Positions 58,513 through 64,000 of a stretch of 64,000 nt of DNA are shown here, piece after piece (the first letter of the stretch is position 1; every line of letters begins with the position of its first letter). Made by a program: the position numbers and the translations under genes. Origin of the DNA: Candidatus Latescibacterota bacterium (GTDB lineage: Bacteria; Latescibacterota; UBA2968; UBA8231); assembly GCA_965203175.1 (NCBI GenBank), contig OZ241867.1, positions 5,344,001 to 5,408,000 on the forward strand, written 5' to 3'. The notes beneath the pieces were generated by a model, which saw only the letters and a program-made list of their open reading frames with translations, was not told the origin of the DNA and searched no databases.

Positions 58513-59856
58513 ATGCACATTTTGGTCATAGGTGCCGGAGCTATCGGTTTCCAGTTGAGCAAGCAACTGAGCCAAGACGGGCACGACATTACCCAGATCG
58601 ACACCGATCCCAGCCGCGTCAAGCGCGTCAGCGAACAGCTCGACATCATCGTTGCCGAGGGCAATGGCACCAGTTTGCAGGACTTGCGCGGGCTCGGCAT
58701 CGAAAAGGTAGATCTCGTCGCCGCCATGACCACCAACGACGAGGTCAACCTGCTCGCCTGTAGAATGGCCAAGAAGCTAGGCGTCCAATCGGCCATCGCC
58801 CGCATCCGCAATCCCGAATTCACCGCGCCCGATTTTATCTTCAGTCCTCAAGAACTCGGAGTCGATCAGTTCATCCACCCCGAGAAGGAAACCGCCGACG
58901 CCATCGTCCGCCTCATCCGCCAGTCCAGTGCCACCGACTTAGTCGAATTTGCCGAGGGCAAGCTCGTCTTGCTCGGCATGCGCCTCGATCACCAGTCCTC
59001 CCTGCTCCACGCTCCTTTGACCGAATTGGGGCGGCAGTTTGCCGACATTCCCATGCGCATCGTCGCCATCCAGCGCAAGCAGCAGACCTTGATCCCCCGC
59101 GGCAACACCACGCTGCTGCCAGAGGACCGGATCTTCGTCATCAGCGATCCCGACTTCATCCCTTCAGTGGTCAGCTTGACCGGCCTTGCCGACCACCGCA
59201 TCGAGGATATTGCGATCCTCGGCGGCGGCCTCATCGGCCAGTTCGTCGCCCAGGAGCTTTCCTCGCAGATGCGCGTCAGGCTCATCGAAAGCCGCGCCGA
59301 TCGGTCCCGGCAAATCGCCGACCAACTCGCCAACGTGCTGGTCATCCAAGGCGACGGCACAGACTACGATCTGTTAGCAGTCGAAGGCTTAGCCGACATG
59401 GACGCCTTTATCGCCGTTACTGGCAACGACGAAGTCAACATCATCTCGACGCTGGTCGCCAAGCACCTCGAAGTGCCGCGCGCCATCGCCTTGGTCAACA
59501 ACGTCGATTACATGCCCATCACTCCAGCCATCGGCCTCGATTCGGTATTGAGCAAACAGCTCCTGACCGTCAACGCCGTCCAGCGCTACGTGCGACACCA
59601 GCGCATCGCTTCCATCGCCGGCCTGCCCGGCCTCGACGTGGAAGCGATCGAATACATCGCCCACGACGGCAGCAAAATCACCCAAAAACCCCTGGTCTCC
59701 ATCCGCCTACCCAAGGATTCGATCATCGGCGCCGTCGTCCATGGCGATCGCGTAATCATCCCCCGTGGAGATACGCGCATCCAGTCCGGCGACAAAGCCG
59801 TGGTCTTCGCCCGGCACTACGTCCATGAGGAAGTGAGAAAGAGCTTCGGGGGCTAG
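58513..59856 (+). CDS. trkA: Trk potassium uptake NAD-binding subunit
   Basis: Two RCK domains (GAGAIG, GGGLIG), DEVN motifs; 447 aa. Confidence 0.93.
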   Translation: MHILVIGAGAIGFQLSKQLSQDGHDITQIDTDPSRVKRVSEQLDIIVAEGNGTSLQDLRGLGIEKVDLVAAMTTNDEVNLLACRMAKKLGVQSAIARIRNPEFTAPDFIFSPQELGVDQFIHPEKETADAIVRLIRQSSATDLVEFAEGKLVLLGMRLDHQSSLLHAPLTELGRQFADIPMRIVAIQRKQQTLIPRGNTTLLPEDRIFVISDPDFIPSVVSLTGLADHRIEDIAILGGGLIGQFVAQELSSQMRVRLIESRADRSRQIADQLANVLVIQGDGTDYDLLAVEGLADMDAFIAVTGNDEVNIISTLVAKHLEVPRAIALVNNVDYMPITPAIGLDSVLSKQLLTVNAVQRYVRHQRIASIAGLPGLDVEAIEYIAHDGSKITQKPLVSIRLPKDSIIGAVVHGDRVIIPRGDTRIQSGDKAVVFARHYVHEEVRKSFGG

Positions 59857-59862
59857 GAACGC

Positions 59863-61311
59863 ATGCGCGCCGCAGTTGTATTTCGGGTCCTAGGCGTTCT
59901 GCTGACGCTGTTTAGCGTCAGCATGTTAGTGCCCGTCGGCGTATCCCTCCTCTACCGCGACGGAGCGGCAACCGCCTTTCTGTTGGCCTTTGCCATTACG
60001 CTCGTCACTGGACTTGCGTGCTGGTTGCCCACGCGCAAGCAGCGCGCCGAGTTGCGGATCCGGGACGGCTTTTTGGTAACAGTCTTGTTCTGGGCCGTCT
60101 TGGGCCTTTACGGCTCCTTTCCGCTGATGTTGTCTCACCAGCCCGAACTGAGCATTACTGACGCCGTATTCGAGTCCCTCTCTGGCTTGACCACGACCGG
60201 TGCCACCGTCATCCAAGGCCTAGACGACCTGCCCCGCTCTATCCTGTTATACCGCCAGCAGCTCCAGTGGTTGGGTGGCATGGGCATCATCGTCCTCGCC
60301 ATCGCCGTGTTGCCGATGCTCGGCATTGGTGGTATGCAGCTTTTTCGCGCTGAGATCACCGGCCCCATTAAGGATTCAAAGCTGACGCCTCGGATTACCC
60401 AGACCGCCAAAGCCCTTTGGTATATCTACTTGAGTTTGACTGTGGCCTGTGCCCTGGCCTATTGGCTGGCCGGCATGGAACCGTTCGACGCCATCGCCCA
60501 CAGCTTTTCAACGGTTGCCATCGGTGGTTTCTCAACCCACGACGCCAGCATCGGCTTTTTTAACAGCCAAGCCATCGAGCTGGTTGCCGTCTTTTTTATC
60601 GTGCTGTCGGGCATCAACTTCACGTTGCACTTCTACGCCTTCCGCCAGCGGTCGCTGCATCCGTATCGCATTGACCCGGAATGCCGCACCTACCTAGTTC
60701 TCTTACTAATCACCGCCCTAATCGCTTGGCTGATCCTCTTTACCCACAACGAGCACGACGCTCTCGCGTCCCTGCGCTACGGCCTCTTCGCCACTGTATC
60801 CATTGTAACCACCACGGGATTTAGCATTGCGGACCATTCGGTCTGGCCCAGCGTGCTGCCGTTTTTGTTGTTCCTCGGCTCGTTTACCGGTGGCTGCGCC
60901 GGCTCAACGGCAGGGGGCATAAAAGTGATGCGCCTGCTGCTCATTCTAAAGCAGGGTAACCGAGAGATTATGCGCCTGATCCATCCCAACGCCGTCCTCC
61001 CCATCAAGGTGGGGCTGCGGGCTGTCCCCGATCGGGTCATGGAAGCGGTGTGGGGATTTTTCTCGGTGTACGTACTGACGTTCACGATCATGTTCATCGC
61101 CGTGCTCGCCACCGATTTGGATCTGACTACGTCTTTTTCAGCGGTAGCCGCCTGCATCAACAACTTGGGACCGGGCTTGGGGGAAGTCGTCCACCATTAC
61201 GGCGACATCAATTCGGTCGCCAAGTGGATCCTCTGCTTTGCTATGCTGATTGGGAGACTGGAGGTTTTTACGCTCTTGGTGCTGTTCAGTCCGGCGTTTT
61301 GGCGCAAGTAA
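59863..61311 (+). CDS. trkH: Trk potassium uptake membrane subunit
   Basis: FESLSGLTTTGAT, QWLGGMG, GGCAGSTAGG and MLIGRLE motifs. Confidence 0.95.
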   Translation: MRAAVVFRVLGVLLTLFSVSMLVPVGVSLLYRDGAATAFLLAFAITLVTGLACWLPTRKQRAELRIRDGFLVTVLFWAVLGLYGSFPLMLSHQPELSITDAVFESLSGLTTTGATVIQGLDDLPRSILLYRQQLQWLGGMGIIVLAIAVLPMLGIGGMQLFRAEITGPIKDSKLTPRITQTAKALWYIYLSLTVACALAYWLAGMEPFDAIAHSFSTVAIGGFSTHDASIGFFNSQAIELVAVFFIVLSGINFTLHFYAFRQRSLHPYRIDPECRTYLVLLLITALIAWLILFTHNEHDALASLRYGLFATVSIVTTTGFSIADHSVWPSVLPFLLFLGSFTGGCAGSTAGGIKVMRLLLILKQGNREIMRLIHPNAVLPIKVGLRAVPDRVMEAVWGFFSVYVLTFTIMFIAVLATDLDLTTSFSAVAACINNLGPGLGEVVHHYGDINSVAKWILCFAMLIGRLEVFTLLVLFSPAFWRK

Positions 61312-61858
61312 TATCCGCGGCAATGGCCGCGAGTGCTTCCCACAGATAGGCCGCCAAGCTGTAATCGACCCACAGGCGGTACGCGCGCTGCCCATCCTCG
61401 CCGCGCGGCAACACCCCGCAAGCCGCCCCAGCCACCTGCGTGTACACCATCCGCTCTGCTGGCTCACGAGCCAAATCCACCGCGCAAGCCTGCGCCAAAA
61501 TGCCCTCGGCATCATTTCCTTGCACCACCAAGGTCACCGACTGCTGCTCCACCCGATAGACCCCGTCCTCCACAGCTTTCAACGCCGCGTCCAGACGCGC
61601 CCATAGCTCATCTTCGGGCTGGCACTCCAAGATCAGTTCGCCCGCGCCCACCCGCGCCAAAACCCCATCCGCTCCCACGGGCCGCGTGTCGTAGATCCGC
61701 TCCGGCAATGCGAGCGCGTGCTGCTCGGCCCACTCGACCAAGCGCGGACCTTTGGCCCCGAGCTTGACCATATCAACCGGATGATGCAAAGCGGCCTGCA
61801 CCGGAGCGGGTGCGTCGGCGACGAGATGGGCGATGGGGCTTTTGCGCGTCGTGGTCAT
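61286..61858 (-). CDS. Sarcosine oxidase gamma-subunit-like protein, orphan
   Basis: KGP....W, ILAQACAVDL, TQVAG, YRLWVDYSLAAYLWEAL motifs. Start could also be 61924 or 61936. Confidence 0.65.
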   Translation of the reverse strand: MTTTRKSPIAHLVADAPAPVQAALHHPVDMVKLGAKGPRLVEWAEQHALALPERIYDTRPVGADGVLARVGAGELILECQPEDELWARLDAALKAVEDGVYRVEQQSVTLVVQGNDAEGILAQACAVDLAREPAERMVYTQVAGAACGVLPRGEDGQRAYRLWVDYSLAAYLWEALAAIAADITCAKTPD

Positions 61859-61939
61859 AGGGTTGGCCCCGTTGTCGGTCTGCTCGCGCTCTGTGTTGGA
61901 AGGTGTCCGTCGCGTTGTAGTCATTGTGTTTCGCATTCT

Positions 61940-62245
61940 CTACGCCATTATCCGCCGAGGTTTAACGCGCTCGGCGATGCGCTGGCCCACCTCGATCTCG
62001 GCTCGGCGCAACTCATAGGTCTTCTGCAAATTCAACCAGACCTGCGGCGTCGTCCCGAAATAGCGCGCTAGCCTGAGCGCTATTTCGGCGGTTACATCAC
62101 GCTGACCGTTAAGGATCGCAGTAATGCAGTCCGGCGACACATCCAGCGCCTCAGCCAACTCGTTAGCCGACAAGCCGAGCGTCTCAAGTTCCTCGCACAA
62201 TATCTCACCCGGATGCACCGGTCTCATACCGTTTTTTACGCTCAT
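61940..62245 (-). CDS. higA: HigA family antitoxin
   Basis: MRPVHPGEIL...TAEIALRLARYFGTTPQVWLNLQ. Confidence 0.92.
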   Translation of the reverse strand: MSVKNGMRPVHPGEILCEELETLGLSANELAEALDVSPDCITAILNGQRDVTAEIALRLARYFGTTPQVWLNLQKTYELRRAEIEVGQRIAERVKPRRIMA

Positions 62246-62259
62246 GTCCTTACTCCCAG

Positions 62260-62340
62260 TTAGTGATAATCCACGATCTCTACGTCAAAAGGCTCATTAT
62301 CCTTCCAGCGGAAGCATATTCGCCATTGCCGATTGATCCG
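62260..62340 (-). pseudogene. higB: C-terminal remnant of a HigB (RelE-family) toxin
   Basis: Translates RINRQWRICFRWKDNEPFDVEIVDYH*, the typical HigB C-terminus; the N-terminal part is absent. Confidence 0.85.
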
Positions 62341-62350
62341 ATAACAAAAA

Positions 62351-64000
62351 TTAATACACCGGCAGACGATTGCCCACCATCCCCGTGAACCCATCGACGA
62401 TGAGCCAGATCCCCGCAGTAACGATCTGGCCGAGAGCTATGCCGAGGAAGAAGGGCACGGTCTTGTGATAGAGCGCCGCGCCCCCAAAGCGGAGCACCAA
62501 AGTCTTGAAGAACCAAGCGAGAAAAATCGCGAACCAGATATGGTTCATGACCCAAGCCATACTCGCGGCAAAGCCCAAAGGATGCAGCGGCCACCAAGCC
62601 CAGTGGTTGCGCGCACCAATCAACGCACTCATCAGCAGCGCACCACCGCCGGTCCACAGCCAGCCGACGGCGTCCGGGCCGGTGGGATGGAGTAGTTGCT
62701 GCGCGGCGAACTTGGACGGCTCGGCGGCAAAGGTGGAAAAATACTGCTGGTGGAGGTTGACGGCTCCGTGCGTATAGGCCAAGCGCAGCGTGTACCAAGT
62801 CGATAGCATAAGGCTGATGAACATGGCCGCGGCCAAGCCCCACAGCAACCGGCGGCGATCCCCCGCCAATTCGCTGCCCAAACGCAGACTATTGGCCAAA
62901 GGAGCGGTCATAAAAACCAACAGGTCGCCGACCCAGACCAAGGTATAGCCCAGCGCCACCACGCCCGGCGCACCCAAGGCTGGCACACCGACGGTACTGA
63001 TGGTAAATCCAGCGGGAATCATGCCCGAAGTAATAGTTGGAGTACCAGCCTCGGCGATGATGCGCGTCAGCGCGACCAAAAGACCCAGTGCCACCACCAC
63101 CACCAACGCGGCGACCCACACCGGTAACCCACTCTGCCACAGCCACAGCACCATGCCCGCCGTGCCCAAAACCAAGCCGACGACGGAGAAGCGATAGGAC
63201 GCCATTTCCCCTTCGTCTTGCCTAGGGCGCAAAAAGCGGCGTCCAACCTCGGTTAGATGGGCGCGGGCCGTCCACAAGCTATAAGCGACGAGCACGGCGC
63301 AGGCCCCTATCATCTGGTGCCCCATCCCCGGATCGGACCACGGCAATTCGGCGGTATGCTGCAAATGCAGACTGTGCAACAGGCCCTCTTGCAGGGCATG
63401 GATCAGATAGAAAACCCAAAGGCTAAAGGAGAGCTGAACGCCGATGAGATAGGCGAAGCCAAGCATCAGGAAGTTGACGTCGAGGCGCAGGACCACGATC
63501 TGCCGCAGCAGCGACAGCCGCGTATCCAGCACGGGCGAAGGCATGGCGGGGAAATAGTGATGCAGGGCCCCTAAGCTGCCGAGGAAAAAGGGAATAGCCA
63601 AGCCCAGCCAAACGAGGCGTTGGCGGAAAAAGGGCGCGAGCCTGCTTTCCTCCGCACCTTGAATCATAGCCAGCGGCACTTGCGCTAAAGGATAGGCCAG
63701 TCGCTCGTTATCGACCCACTGGCGGCGCAGGATATTCATCAGACATATCAGAGACAGATAGAACGCCGCGTAGAAGGCCAGCCAACGCCCCAAGGGCACC
63801 AACCAAGCGTCCCAAGGGATCGGCGCATCGCGGCCCACGCCCTCGTAAAAGTCCCGGATAGCCTCTATGTCCGCGACGACCATCCAGTCGGCCAAATGGG
63901 GATGGATCAACTCGGCCCACTGGTTTTCTGGAGTAGCGTAGTAGAAGGTGCCGGTGATCATCGGCAGGAGCAGCCCCACCACGCCGCGCGTGGGAATGGC
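62351..64000 (-). CDS. DUF6785/DUF6784-like polytopic membrane protein (5' partial)
   Basis: YYATPENQW, ERLAYPL, WWPLHPLG and VLRFGG...PFFLG motifs; frame open at the window edge. Confidence 0.75.
   Translation of the reverse strand, partial: AIPTRGVVGLLLPMITGTFYYATPENQWAELIHPHLADWMVVADIEAIRDFYEGVGRDAPIPWDAWLVPLGRWLAFYAAFYLSLICLMNILRRQWVDNERLAYPLAQVPLAMIQGAEESRLAPFFRQRLVWLGLAIPFFLGSLGALHHYFPAMPSPVLDTRLSLLRQIVVLRLDVNFLMLGFAYLIGVQLSFSLWVFYLIHALQEGLLHSLHLQHTAELPWSDPGMGHQMIGACAVLVAYSLWTARAHLTEVGRRFLRPRQDEGEMASYRFSVVGLVLGTAGMVLWLWQSGLPVWVAALVVVVALGLLVALTRIIAEAGTPTITSGMIPAGFTISTVGVPALGAPGVVALGYTLVWVGDLLVFMTAPLANSLRLGSELAGDRRRLLWGLAAAMFISLMLSTWYTLRLAYTHGAVNLHQQYFSTFAAEPSKFAAQQLLHPTGPDAVGWLWTGGGALLMSALIGARNHWAWWPLHPLGFAASMAWVMNHIWFAIFLAWFFKTLVLRFGGAALYHKTVPFFLGIALGQIVTAGIWLIVDGFTGMVGNRLPVY

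Overview
A gene-dense, roughly 60% GC bacterial window with no rRNA, tRNA, CRISPR array or recognisable transposase. The gene content (PQQ-like propellers, DUF6785-like membrane proteins, FlgD-Ig-tailed proteins, a WGxIK C-terminal tail) suggests a diderm of the Latescibacterota/Poribacteria type; this is inference only. Two candidate uncharacterised systems stand out. (1) At 1-19018 (+), a largely translationally coupled cluster of at least four tandem PQQ-like beta-propellers, a TonB-dependent receptor, an aryl-CoA ligase, a flavin-dependent halogenase-like enzyme, a sodium:solute symporter, a CxxC-bearing GT4, a thioesterase and a MacB/LolCDE-like ABC system. It is interrupted by a LysR plus divergent archaeal-type PurA cassette. 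(2) At 37175-52563 (-), a seven-gene operon of exported proteins: a CBM9-like protein with a TAVEEESWGRIKA tail, three paralogues with FlgD-Ig/CHU_C-like C-termini, two ~930 aa paralogous putative outer-membrane proteins with acidic Ca-binding-like loops, and a two-parvulin lipoprotein foldase. It looks like a surface assembly or secretion/sorting machine. The rest includes cbiZ-cbiB, three DUF6785-like transporters, trkAH, rhaM, a cfa-like methyltransferase, an orphan DNA methyltransferase, a sigma54-preceded coiled-coil gene and several decayed toxin-antitoxin remnants. All family calls come from motif recognition by eye, without database searches.
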